Below are positions 50,721 to 63,835 of a stretch of DNA of 64,000 nt, piece by piece. The notes below the pieces were generated by a model. The model saw only the letters and a list, made by a program, of their open reading frames with translations. It was not told the origin of the DNA and made no database searches. A program made the translations under genes and the position numbers. Each line of letters begins with the position of its first letter. The first letter of the stretch is position 1. Where the stretch lies: NCBI RefSeq assembly GCF_006345805.1, contig NC_043016.1, positions 30,876,001 through 30,940,000 on the forward strand, given 5' to 3'. The DNA is from Octopus sinensis (taxonomy: Eukaryota).

Positions 50721-52149
50721 CCCTCCCCACCCCCTGACTGGCTTCCATACTGGTGGCACATAAAATGCACCATCCAAATGTGATTGATGGCAAGGGCACC
50801 TCACTGGCTTCCATGCCAGTGGCACATAAAAAGCACTATCTGAACATGATCGATGCCAGGGCCACCTGACTGGCTCCTGTGCTGATGGCACATAAAAAGC
50901 ACACACTACACTCTTGGAGTGGTTGATGTTAGGAAGGGCATCAACTGTAGAAACATTGCCAGATCAGATTGGAGCCTGGTGCAGCTGCTGGATCTCTAGA
51001 CTTCAGTTAAACTGTCCAAACCATGCCCACATGGAAAACGGACATTATACGATGATGATGATGATGATGATGATATATACATACATATTTCAAACAACTG
51101 ATATGGAAGGTGGAGTGTAACTAAAAGTTTTATTTAGCACAACAATCGTTTTGGCTGCCTTCTGCACTGCTCCTTAGTGGGTGGGGAACGATGTAATGAC
51201 ATTGGATGCATCATACAGAGCAGGAAGACTCATCAGGTGATGAAACATGGTTGAAAAGTTAAGATTTACATTTTGCTCCAAGTTAGATGCTGCTGATATT
51301 ATTGTGTGTTGCTAGTAGTTCGCACACATTGGTGAAGTGAGGATACTGGTGGTTGATAAAAAATTAAAAAATACAAAGAATCTAATGTGAATGGTGGGGG
51401 TTATACTTGTAGTTAGGAAGTGGTTGATAAAAAATATAAAGTACGAAAAATCTAATGTAAATGGGGGAGGTGTGTTTAAGGCATTAGGCTGAAAGACCCT
51501 AAAGTGTGTGAAAACCTTTGATAGCTGGCTATGGCAGTCATGCATGAAAGTGTGGTCAAGATTTTAGTGGGGGTGTAATTTCTGTCTTTAGACTTGATGG
51601 CTGCTTATACCAACACACACACACACAAACACATATACATGTGCGAATGTGTATATACACATACACATGCATTCACACACCCACAAGCACATAAAATATA
51701 TATATATATATATACATAGATATGGGCACACATCACTCTTCCCGTCAATTCACACCTCCACCTATATAGACACATCCATCTATAGTAACACATACACCAA
51801 CGCATACACACATGCAAGCACATGTGTGCATATATATATATATGCCCACATATAATTACATGCATAGATATCTATGATGGTACAAATAAAGAGGAAGAAG
51901 CAACCACTAAAACAATATCCAACGGAATTTTCCATTCATGAACATTTCCAACCCATTGAATAAGAAATATTTAACCCTTTAGCATTCAAACAGAACTGAG
52001 CCATATCTAGCCCAAATATTCTTCCTGTTTTATGTTCAAACTGCTTGATCTAGTCTCTTGTGCCTACCCAACTATGTTATTCTAAAACTAAGCAAGTACA
52101 TTATCAAAATCTCAAAGTAATCACATTTTGATTAATTCAAAACAATGTG

Positions 52150-52860
52150 AATAAAGAAATATTGTATTTGACAGAGTAATCATTTGATAAAGAAAACAGA
52201 ATATTTTATCTACAGACTGAAATGGTACACTTATATTTTCAACAAAAGAACATGGCAGGATGATGCTGATTGCAAGTATGGTTTCATGTATAGAAAGAAT
52301 TCTGCAGCCAGTAAAGAATTTGAAACTTTTGAAAGAGATATTTTTGGAACTAATAAAAAAAAAAAAATTCCACAAAGTGAGTAATGAATTCCAAAATACT
52401 CTCAAGGGAAGTCTACATTTCATGAGAAATTCCAACAAAATAAAGTATTAGCAGTAAAGAAAACTGCAAATTTAATTTGATATCATGGAATTTTACCCAA
52501 TTGATAACAAGGCCTGTGCTACTTAAGGCCCTACTTTAGTTAGAAAAAAAAAAATGTGTGCTGTAACTGACTCAGATAGTGACATGATATTGCATGCCAG
52601 GAAATCTTTACTGCTTTTAATGATTCTACCTCGTTCAAGAAAAATGGCAAACTTTCAGTTGACATAGGAATGGATCAGAATTGTGTGTTCATAGGGATAT
52701 GTATTTTACATTGCATACATACATATTTCCCTTCTTAGAATCAGGTCTATACTGGGATGACTGCTTTATTGTCACCTACTACATCAAGAGGCAGGATCTT
52801 GATAGGCTTCAGAAGAATATCATTGCATTCTTCCAATGCATTGTCTTTACATTCTCTGTG
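52150..52860 (+). mobile_element. Degraded Penelope-like element reverse transcriptase (Naiad-like)
   Basis: RLKWYTYIF…KYGF…FE.DIF…KFHKVSNEFQNTLK, MILHARKSLL, KKNG…D.GMD, GLYWDD (GLYRDD motif), LDRLQKNIIAFF. Confidence 0.8.
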
Positions 52861-52959
52861 CAGTTATTGCAATTTGCTGCCCACAACTTTTCTCCTCTGT
52901 AGCTGCAGGCATATTTTGTTGCCTTGAGAAGAGTGCTTAAAATAAACACATCACTAATT

Positions 52960-53531
52960 TAATTTCCAGTACTTAAAGGTATAAACAAGTAATTTTCGAT
53001 TCAGAACGAGGCTGAACATTCGTTTTCTGCTGAGTTTTTCATTACTTATATACTAACTACAAGGAGATCAAGCTTTGAAATCGAACATAGTTTTTTCGAT
53101 GTCTTACTGAACAAAAATGGCCACCCCTGAATTTGAAGCTTTTCTAGAAGAAATCTTGTTTGATTCCAACTCAGATGACAATTTTGAAGGATTTACTCAG
53201 GCAGATATCACTGGTAAAATTATTCAACATAATGATGACATAGATTGCGCTTACAGTTATATTGAGAACAATGTGCCAAGTGGATACTATCACCCATGGC
53301 TGGCTGATTTAAGGAAAGTACTAACCCCAAAGAGGTACATTTCTTATGCATTACATAAAAATAGTATTCATCCATTACTTTATTAGTATGCAAAGCACCA
53401 ATCTGTACACACAATACAATGAAAGTTATAACGATTTTAAAACAGTAGGAGCTCATGTTTTTTGTTACCTCAAAAATAATGCAGTGGCAAGGGAAACTAT
53501 TCTAGGGGTAAATCAGCGTGCTATAGGTTAA
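52960..53531 (+). mobile_element. Possible internally deleted piggyBac-like element with acidic N-terminal ORF
   Basis: ORF 53117..53386 (…FDSNSDDNFEGF…) resembles transposase N-termini, and the element ends …ctatagg|ttaa. Confidence 0.4.
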
Positions 53532-54623
53532 AGATCGCAATTAACATGAACTTCAGTGGTATTAACTTATTAGACATCAATTTAGAAATGTGATCCAACA
53601 CCCTTATGCCTTACCATTATCCTACCAAAAGGCTATTCCTATTTCTTTATTGCCCACAAGCGGCTAAACATAGAGGGAACAAACAAGTACAGACAAACGG
53701 ATTAAGTCCATTTTTTTATTACGCACAAGAGGTAAACACAGAGGGGACAACACAATCTGATTTGGGGTCAGATTTACAAATGATAAATTACACAAAAATG
53801 AACTTTAAAAATTTTACACAAAATGGCAATATATATTTAAAAACGAAGAAATCGAATGATGGAACAGACCGGAAGACATTATGGATGGAGTGGGGAGGGC
53901 AGGTTTAGCTCGGACCCCACAAGCCCCGCCTCGCCACTGATACCTTGGTTTCATTCTGTTTTACATCCATGCGGTTCCATTCACGTGCAACATCCATGCT
54001 ACGTTCTTCCATGACCCCAGTGCATCACTGGTACTTAATTTATCGACCCCAAAAGGATGAAAGGCAAAGTTGACCTCAGCAGAAATTGAACTCAGAATGC
54101 AGCGACGGACGAAATACCACAAAACATTTTACCCGGTGTGCTAACTTTTCTGCCAACTTGCCGCCTTAAGATATTCTATAATACTAAGGGTTCCAATCAC
54201 CCACCTTGTATACTTATGAACATGGTCAGTAACATAGGTAAATTTCCTCCTTGTCATTAAAATGGCATTTAACAATAGCTGTGGTGGTGGTGGGGAGACA
54301 AAGATGCAGTCCACTCTGGCTGACATTTTTATCGGGTGGCACTTGGCAGGTGCAGGTGGGGAGTCTGCTGCATGAAACTGTTTAGATTTGGCAGCCCAAG
54401 AAGCTGAGAGGAGACAAACCTAAAGGACTGCCCTGGGCAGCACACACTCTGGCTAAACTTCTGATCTGCTATGCTGGAAGTGAATACAACCATGGAGATT
54501 GCACAGAAGTATAAGTAAAAAAGTTTTGTTGAATAACATTTATCTTCAGAATTAGGGCTAAAACAGCAAGAGATTTTGTTAGTTTTCTATCAAAGCATTT
54601 TCCCAGAAATTTATAGCAGAATC

Positions 54624-54806
54624 TTCTGTTGTGTCTGGGGAGAGTTATTTTCTTTTTGTGCTTTATAATGTAACACACTCACCAGTAAAAATTTCCACTT
54701 ATTTCTTATTTTTATTTTCCTAAAATTTTCATTGCATCTTGCTACCGGCGAGTGTGTTACATTATAAGGCACAAAAAGAAAATGACTCTCCCCAGTCACA
54801 ACAGAA
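54624..54806. repeat. Inverted repeat with 64-bp arms and a 55-nt spacer
   Basis: 54624-54687 versus 54743-54806. Confidence 0.85.
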
Positions 54807-55141
54807 TATGCTTCAACACACAAACTCATATAAAGAATCTTGCAAACAAAATTATAGCAGAATGTTTTGCAGAAAATCTCTGAAGATTAGCTATTCTTGC
54901 TATAACAACTTTGTCTAGTCTGATGCAATACAAATGTTCATTAACCAGCACAATATTAGTAGGCTCAACAAATGTAATGCATATGATGATGGTCCTTAAA
55001 TGTAATTTCAATTACCTCAATTCCTGTCCTCTAAATGGTAACTTCCTGATAAAAAAAATTGTTTAAAAGTCTAAAGTTATGGATTGAATATACTCCTACA
55101 TGCAAAACATATACTGGAGCTACAGAAAATAGCTTCAAAAC

Positions 55142-56009
55142 AAATGATCAACCATTTGATTTCAAACTTCATCCCTTTTGACACAGGTTTGAATATGTAT
55201 TCAACTTAAGAGTTGGACAGCCAAAGTAAGCTCTTATTAAATAAGTGTAGGTGCATCTTCCTTTTGATGAGGCATGGATCCTATATAGTATCTCATGGCA
55301 TTACATGTCACAACAGTGCACTTGTAAACAACAATTTTCGTCACATAGTTCCTATTTTACAGGCAGGTTTAGATGACGCACAGTTACACTTATGGAGACC
55401 ATTAACCAAAATGTTTATGGATTTCATAGTGAAATGATCAACCATTGATTTCAAACTTCATCCCTTTTGACACAGGTTTGAATATGTATTCAACTTAAGA
55501 GTTGGACAGCCAAAGTAAGCTCTTATTAAATAAGTGTAGGTGCATCTTCCTTTTGATGAGGCATGGATCCTATATAGTATCTCATGGCATTACATGTCAC
55601 AACAGTGCACTTGTAAACAACAATTTTCGTCACATAGTTCCTATTTTACAGGCAGGTTAGATGACGCACAGTTACACTTATGGAGACCATTAACCAAAAT
55701 GTTTATGGATTTCATAGTGAAATGATCAACCATTTGATTTCAAACTTCATCCCTTTTGACACAGGTTTGAATATGTATTCAACTTAAGAGTTGGACAGCC
55801 AAAGTAAGCTCTTATTAAATAAGTGTAGGTGCATCTTCCTTTTGATGAGGCATGGATCCTATATAGTATCTCATGGCATTACATGTCACAACAGTGCACT
55901 TGTAAACAACAATTTTCGTCACATAGTTCCTATTTTACAGGCAGGTTTAGATGACGCACAGTTACACTTATGGAGACCATTAACCAAAATGTTTATGGAT
56001 TTCATAGTG
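55142..56009. repeat. Tandem triplication of a 290-bp unique sequence (290/288/290)
   Basis: Units start at 55142, 55432 and 55720. They differ only by two single-T deletions in copy 2. Confidence 0.95.
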
Positions 56010-56899
56010 ATTTTTTTGTAGGGGTGAGTTGACAGTTGGGTTCATTTTGACTTTATTGAAGCCTGGAGTATGTATTCGTTTCAGCCATGCAGCTGCAGTC
56101 ATGCTGGAGCACCACTGTGGTGCTGGAACAACACCAGTGTCCTTCTGATGAAATGCAAATGTATAATTGAGGGAGTGTGCAGACTTCCCTTTTTTTTCCG
56201 GTTTATTTATTTACTGATTTCTTGTTCTGGCTTTTCCCTTTGTGAATTGCGTATGTGCTTGTGCATGTGCGCTTGTAAGTGTGAAGTTGTTTGCATGTGT
56301 GTTTGTGTATGTGTGTGTGTGTGTGTATGAATGTGTCTGTGAGCGTGTGTTTTCTATTAAACGATTGATGAGAATTAATATTCAACAGAGAGATTCAATA
56401 ATGTTTTAATTCAATGACCTTTCATATATATATATAAAAGAAGTATTTGACCCATAGAAAACAGCCTTAATTCACTGAGGTAAATTAGAAAATTTTAGAA
56501 CAAAAATCGGCATGCCTATTACGAAAGAAGGAATTACCTTTATTAACGTTAGAAGTTAAATAAATAGGCCATGCTGACTTATTTATTTATTTTGTAAAAA
56601 AAAAAAAAAACCTACGTTTTTCTTTGGGTTTTTTCTCTCTCACTCGTTTTAGTATTGAGATTGCGGCCATGCTGATGCACCACTTCGTAAACAAAGTAGA
56701 AACATTTCCCTTATAACAACCTTGGTTACAAAATAAGGAACCTTGAACCCGTAGTTCTTGGTTGTGTAATAAGTAGTTTGCTTCTCAACCACACAGTTCT
56801 GGGCCCAATCCGACTTCGTGGTATCTTGGGCAAATGTCTCTTACTATAGCCCCAGTTCACCAAAGCCTTGTAAGTGGATTTTAGGAATGCATCAAACTT

Positions 56900-57960
56900 C
56901 AGTCCTCGGTCCTCTCATATTCATCATAGTCCTCACAAGCCATCACTGAAGAGTTTAAGATTGGCTGTCCATGGGAAAACCTATCTAGACCTCATAGCTG
57001 AATCTATAGGGGCATTAGAGATGAAATTCCAAGCATGGAAGCTAAACCTTGAATTGAGGGGCCTTGAGGTAAACCAGTCAAATACTAAGGTTTTAATACG
57101 TAGTAAAGGGCCCTGTTACCTTCAGGGAAATGGCCTTGCTCAATATGTAGAAAAGGGTTGGGTACAAACTCCATAAGCTGCACTTTGTTTAAGCTATTGA
57201 TACCCAAAGGATGTCGTGAAACCACTAGCAGACTATCTGAGAATGTAAGCTTTATTCACAATAGATGCACTGGAGCAGTATGTACGAGTGGAAAGGAAAT
57301 TGGATTTCTTGTTATCAGCAATGGTAGCACTAGCATCGCTTGGGCAGGGGGGAACTTTTAATGGGGCACCACTTTTGGGTCAGCTGTAGGCAATGTGTTT
57401 TTTGAGGGGTCCGGGGGTGGCAAACAGAAGAGCTACTCCAGGCGGCGCACACTCTAGCTACTACCACTCTGACTACTAGCATAACTAAGGTGGGAGGGGG
57501 GGGGGGTCTGTCCACCCCATGAGGCACTTTTAAAGGGACGCCACTTTTGGTGAACTAGGGCTATAGTGAGAGACATTTGCCCTAGATACCACAAAGTGGG
57601 AATGGACCCAGAATTGTGTGGTTGAGAAGCAAACTACTTATTACACAACCAAGAACTACGGGTTCAAGCTAAACCTTGAATTGAGGGGCCTTGAGGTTTT
57701 AATACGTAGTAAAGGACCCTGTTACCTTCAGGGAAATGGCTTTTGTGCTTTTGTGGGGTCCAGAAGCAGCAAACAAAAGAGTCACCCCAGGCAATACACA
57801 CACTAGCTACGCTAGTACTGCTGACAACAAAGGTCTTTTCCTTAAGAATAAAGGGCAGATTGTGTATTAGAACTGCAATGTTGCATAGTAGTCAGACATG
57901 GGCTTTGAGTGCAAAGGACTTGAGAAGACTAAAAGGAAATGAACAGGAGTGGCTATAGGT
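56900..57960 (+). mobile_element. Rearranged RTE RT fragments with PHD-like insert, interrupted by an inverted duplication and GC-rich MITE-like sequence
   Basis: ITEEFKIGCPWE…KFQAWKLNLELRGLEVN..NTKVL…GKWPCSICRKGLGTNSISC, and KVFSLRIKGRLCIRTAMLHSSQTWAL. Confidence 0.75.
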
Positions 57961-58150
57961 GTAGTAGTAGCTGTGTGGTAAGTAGCTTTCTTATCAACCA
58001 CATGGTTCTGGGTTCAGTCCAATGTGCAGCACCTTGGGCAAGTGTCTTCTACTATAGCCTAACCCTAACCCTCAGGTTGACCAAAGCCTTGTGAGTGGAT
58101 TTGGTAGGTGGAACCTGAAAGAAGACCATTTTGTATATATATATATATAT

Positions 58151-58181
<31 letters not shown>

Positions 58182-61074
58182 ATATATGTTTGTGTGTCTG
58201 TGTTTGTCCCTCGAGCGTCAGTTGACAACTGATGCTGGTGTGTTTACGTCCCCGTAACTTAGCGGTTCAGCAAAAGAGACCAATAAAGTAAGTACTAGGC
58301 TTACAAAGAATAAGTCCTGGGGCTGATTTGCTCGACTGAAGGCGGTGCTCCAGCATGACCGCAGTCAAATGACTGAAGCAAATAAAAGAATAAATCAGTT
58401 GAATGTGTAATGTGAGTGTGTGTGAAAGATTTAGCACAAAAGTGTTGAGAGAAAAAAACTGGGTGTTGAAGGAATCAGATGTGTTCAAGAAGACTGAGAT
58501 AGGGTGGACATGAGATGTGTATGAATAAAGACAGCTGTATAAAGAAGAGCTATTTGCTCGATGTGGTTGGAACCTGCAGAAGAGGGATGGGATGAAGTGA
58601 TGAAAGATGACCTCAGGATCCCGAGCCTTATAAATGAGATGAGAAAGGACCAGGGTCTGTGGTTATATGAGACTTTCAAAAGGACTCGCCCTTCTCAGCA
58701 AAACTGAGTTCTGAAAGTGCTACACTTTGGGTGCTCCACCTGTGTCAGAGACTCCCTATCCTCATACCCCTCTTCCCGCTTCATCTCACTTGTCTTCCCC
58801 ACCACCAGCAACTGTATTATCTTTACTATTCCAGCTGCTTGCTCCTTCCACACCCTGCTGCATCCCACTATCATTTCCAGCTCGTGACCTTTGTTCATAC
58901 TCTCTTTCAACTACATCCATTTTGGTAGTCTTCCCATCACCACCACCACCACCACCACCACACAACCACCTCCATTCACCTTTCCATAAAATCTTACAAA
59001 CCAATCACCCATCTATCCAACTACATCTATTCAGCTTATGCTTTGTGGGACCACGTGGGCACCTTATTTCTTTATTGCCCACAAGGGGCTACACACAGAG
59101 GGGACAAACAAGGACAGGCAAATGGATTAAGTCGATTATATCGACCCCAGTGAGTAACTGGTACTTATTTAATCGACCCCAAAAGGATGAAAGGCAAAGT
59201 CGACTTTGGTGAAATTTGAAATCAGAATGTAGCGGCAGACGAAATACCACTAAGTATTTCACTCGGCGTGCCAGTTCGCCGCCTTATTACCATTATTTAC
59301 ATCCTGCAGCTCCTACTGATCATTTTCTCTTCTTCCCACCTCAATTTCTTTCATGTTTTTCATGTTAGATGTGAGTAGCCACTGAGATTCCTCTGCAAAG
59401 ATGTACTCTAGGCCCCTTCTCTCATAACAATCTCCTTGTCTCCTACCATGAAGCATCATATCAGATGAGCTAACAATTCTGCCATCTTGCTGCCTTTATC
59501 TCACAAATGACAAAATACAAACTAGTCATTAGCCTCTGAATTAATTTAGTCTCTTCCATTTGGGATCTCATTTGTATTTTATTCGAATGAGGACTGCTGT
59601 ATAAAGAAGTGTCATTTGCTTAATGTGGCTGGAAACTGCAGAAGAGGACGATCCCGAATACATGAGATGAAGTGATAAAAGCTGACCTCAGGACCCTAAG
59701 TCTGATGGATGAGGTGATAAAAGATCAGAATCTGTAGCAAAATGAGGTTCTCAAAAGGATTTGTCCTCCTCAGCAAAACCAAATTCTCAAAGTACTATAC
59801 CTTGAGATATTTTATTTGTTTTTTTTTTTTTACCTTTTTACATGTTTCAGTCATTAGACCGAGGCCATGCTGGGGCACTGCCTTGAAAAACTTTAGATGA
59901 ACAAGTTGACCCCAGTACTTATTTGTTGAATCCTGGTACTTATTCTATCTGTCTATTTTGCTGAGTCTCTAAGAGAGATGTAAACACACCAACATCCAGT
60001 TGTCAAGCAGTAGTGGGGGTAAAACAAAGACACAAGCACACAAATTCACACAATAGGCTTCTATAAATGTATGTCTATCAAATCCAGTCACAAGGCATTG
60101 GTGGACCTGAGGCTATAGTGGAAGACATTTTTGCTCTTATATTTTATATCATTTTTAAATTGCTTTATTTGATCTTTCATACCAAATTTGGAATATAATT
60201 ATTCATGATGTATAGTCTGCTTGTGTGTAATAGAATATTCTCCTTAACGATTACCATCATTCCAAAATATTTTCCTTCAGAATACTCATGAATTCAGCTT
60301 AACTTCTGTTTGTTGTGTAATATATATATTAAGATATTATGCATCAAATTACAATACTATCTTGACCTAAATAAAATATCTTCTAAGGTTGAATTTAACA
60401 TACTCCATCATCTCTTTGCATATGAACTAGTCAGAACAAGTCAGTTAAAATATGGGTGTGGGCAAGCACTATGTATTGCTGTTTATATTCATTTAGCTGC
60501 CTGGTGTGCTTGGGTACACAATGAATTAAATTACAAGTTAGTCATGATCTGATAAGTATGAATTTTAAGTAGCTCTATAAAGAATATATCACCACCCCTT
60601 GGACTAGGGAATGGTCAGATATGAGCATAGGGATGAGCAGACCCAAAATTTACAACTCACTCTCTTACAATGTTCAACAGTATAAACAGTAGTGATATAA
60701 ACTACAATAAACATAGGATGGTGTTGAATTCCTCTCTCCCTGTAGCATTTCATTCAATCAAATATGTAAATGGATTCATTAAATATCTATAACTGATGCA
60801 TTGCAGCATTCTGAATTATACCATTCTATTTGAAACATACATAGCTGATTAAATCATGAACACATGTCCATTTTTTTAATACAGACACACACACATAATA
60901 ATATTAGGGAGTATAACTCCAATCTTACAGGGAAAAATTCAATTTAGTATTAAATCAAATTTCACAATACAAATATATTATATTTATATTATGCATCAAA
61001 TTACATATATCAATTATAAATTAAACATAAATTATATATTATATATTTATATTGTGAAATTTGATTTACCGATT

Positions 61075-61150
61075 ACAGACCTTATGAAGCAAATGAGATG
61101 GAAAGCTTTCTTTTACGACATGGAAGAGGACATTACAGAGAACATATTCT
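61075..61150 (+). mobile_element. Short Penelope-like element fragment
   Basis: LMKQMRWKAFFYD matches the RMRWKA.FF motif upstream of PLE RT domains, the same region as 52200. Confidence 0.55.
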
Positions 61151-61298
61151 AAATAGCATTTTTTGATTGCCTTGATAACTGATGAGATGCCGGAGCAGAT
61201 TTCCACCTTGACATACAAAACTCAGAGTTTTATTATGGCAACCAAATAATTGTCACATATTATATTATCATTCTTTTATTGTCATACCATTACTATTA

Positions 61299-61299
<1 letters not shown>

Positions 61300-61360
<61 letters not shown>

Positions 61361-61375
61361 GAGAGAGAGATAGAG

Positions 61376-61436
<61 letters not shown>

Positions 61437-61470
61437 TGCATATATATATGTATATATTAGAATATATATG
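61300..61470. repeat. (TA)n(GA)n(GATA)n compound microsatellite
   Basis: Direct inspection. Confidence 0.95.
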
Positions 61471-62276
61471 TATATATGGAGAATTTTTGGGTCAAATAAA
61501 TCAACCCCAGAACTTATATTTTAAGATTGGTACTTATTCTATCGCTCTCTTTTGCCAAACCACTAGGTTATGGGGTTGTAAACACACCACCACTGGTGTC
61601 AAGTGGTGGTGGGGTCAAACACTGACACAAAGATACACACATACACACGCACGTATATACATGCAACAGGTTTCTTTCAGTTTTCATCTGCCAAATCCAC
61701 TCACAAGGTTTCGGTTGGCCCAAGGCTATAGTAGAAGACACTTACCCAAGGTAAGAACTCTATGACTGGGAAGCAGGTTTCCTACCACACAGCAGTGCTG
61801 TCCACTCATAACCGAGGAACACTAATACTAACCATTGCCCATGAAAAATGTCAAAAATGTCCATGCAGTCATTGCAACCATGTCCAGCTTCACCTGGATT
61901 CATGACCACCAAAACAAGTGCTGTCACCAAAACAAGTGTAATGTCCAGTTGGCTGTGTCAAATTGCCAGTGTCCAAACCACCATCCCCAATCATCCTATT
62001 ATCGGTCTAGTAACATCATTCTTTTGCAGATAAAGATTTTGAAGAATTTCAACATATTGCCTAGACCACTGGTCTCAATTGGGGTTGATATGACCCTTGG
62101 GGGCAAGGAGAGATGGGGCAGTGGTCCACATAAGATTTTGTTATTAAAATTTGTCTGCAATAAATTAGTTATATTTCTTCGATACACAAAATATTTTATC
62201 AATTTTCTTAGCCTCAGGCCTTGTCAGTGGATTTGGTAGATGGAAACTGAAAGAAGCCCATCGTATATAGGTATAT

Positions 62277-62311
<35 letters not shown>

Positions 62312-63429
62312 CGAAATCGGAATTGAAATTGAACCAATCCTATGACTGGCACCCGGCAGATGCCAGGACCCCTGGACTGGAGATACGTAAAAAGCACTAT
62401 CCGAATCGTGGCCGATGCCAGCGCCGCCTCGACTGGCTCCAGTGCAGGTGGCAAGTAAAAAGCACCCACTACACTCACTGAGTGGTTGGCGTTAGGAAGG
62501 GCATCCAGCTGTAGAAACATTGCCAGATAAGACCGGAGCCTGGTGCAGTCTTCTGGCTTCCCAGATCCCTGGTCGAACCATCCAACCCATGCTAGCATGG
62601 AGAACGGACGTTAAACGATGATGATGATGATGATGATATATATATATATATAAATATATATAAATATATGTATGTAGGTGTCTGTATTTGTCACCCCATT
62701 ATCACTTGATAACTGGTGTTGGTGTGTTTACATCTCCATAACTTAGCAGTCCAGAATAAGTGACCGATAAAATAAATACTAGGCTTACAAAGAATAAGTC
62801 CTGAGGTCAATTTGTTCAATTAAAGGTGGTGCTCCAGCACAGCCAGTCAAATGACTGAAACAAATAAAAGAATAAAAGAAAAGTTCCTGATAGTATTTAA
62901 CTATAAAAATTTAATATGATTTTTTGAATATTGAATGGCTTTGAGGAACCATTCAAGTTAGACACCAAAGTGGTCCATAGGTAAAAATGATTGGAAAAAA
63001 AATACTGAGCTTGACTGTGACACCTTAAACTATAAGCATATAATTATTAGGTCTTAGTAGTACCATCCAGTCACAGGTCATAAATTGATCTAGAGATAAA
63101 TATGTGGTCTATTCAAAATACACTTTAGAATATAGTTAGAGATAATGAGAGACATTAATTAATCAGCGGAGTAAAAGACCAATTTGATAAGAATAATTAT
63201 AGCATTATCAACAATGTAATAATAATCACAACCTGATTATAATTATAATAATAATCCTTTCTGCTATAGGCACAAGGTTTAAAACTTGTGGAGGTGTATA
63301 CTCGATTATATTGACTCAAGTACTTAATTGATACTAATTTTATTAAACTGAAAAGATGAAAGGCAAAACTGAACTCGGAACATAAAGCCAGATGAAAATA
63401 CTGCTAAGCTTTTTTGCAATCATTCATGA

Positions 63430-63590
63430 TTACTTTGCCAATAGCAAGGTTGTCCTTGTTTCCTTAAAAATTTTTCCAACATCTCTTCTGCTTGACAAGT
63501 AGCATCTCATGTTGAAGCAAGTGATCGTGCACTTTTGCAGCAAAGATGCCTGTCAGTAAATTTTGTTCGCAGCTGTTCAGGATCAAGCAC
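63430..63590 (-). mobile_element. LINE RT fragment (R4/Dong-like)
   Basis: NLLTGIFAAKVHDHLLQHEMLLVKQKRC resembles LLTGIIA..IY.HL..N.LL..EQKGC. Confidence 0.5.
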
Positions 63591-63783
63591 TAAACACAAA
63601 CTTGATAAGAAATATGCATAGGCACACATGTGTGGCTGTGTGGTAAGAAGCTTGCTTCCCAACCCCATGGTTCTGGGTTCAGTCCCACTGCATAGCGCCT
63701 TGGCCAAGTGCCTTCTACTATAATCTTGGGCTGACCAAAGCCTTGTGAATGGATTTGGTAGAAGAAAACTGAAAGAAGCTTCT

Positions 63784-63835
<52 letters not shown>

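Noticed and set aside
53117-53386. 89-aa ORF as a host gene
   Set aside because: It has no splice support, an acidic transposase-like N-terminus and a TTAA-ended context, all pointing to a DNA-transposon remnant.
55017-55046. 30-nt minus-strand microexon candidate (KLPFRGQEL), faintly like human LPERG
   Set aside because: It is too short, its phases do not fit the 43074 acceptor without further exons, and the similarity is within chance.
58059-58073. (CCCTAA)n telomere-like repeat (also ttagggg/ttaggg at ~28855)
   Set aside because: Only about 2 units, inside SINEs, which is not enough for an interstitial telomere call.
61188-61215. CTGATGAGATGCCGG near the PLE fragment as a hammerhead
   Set aside because: No downstream GAAA or stem III could be assembled.
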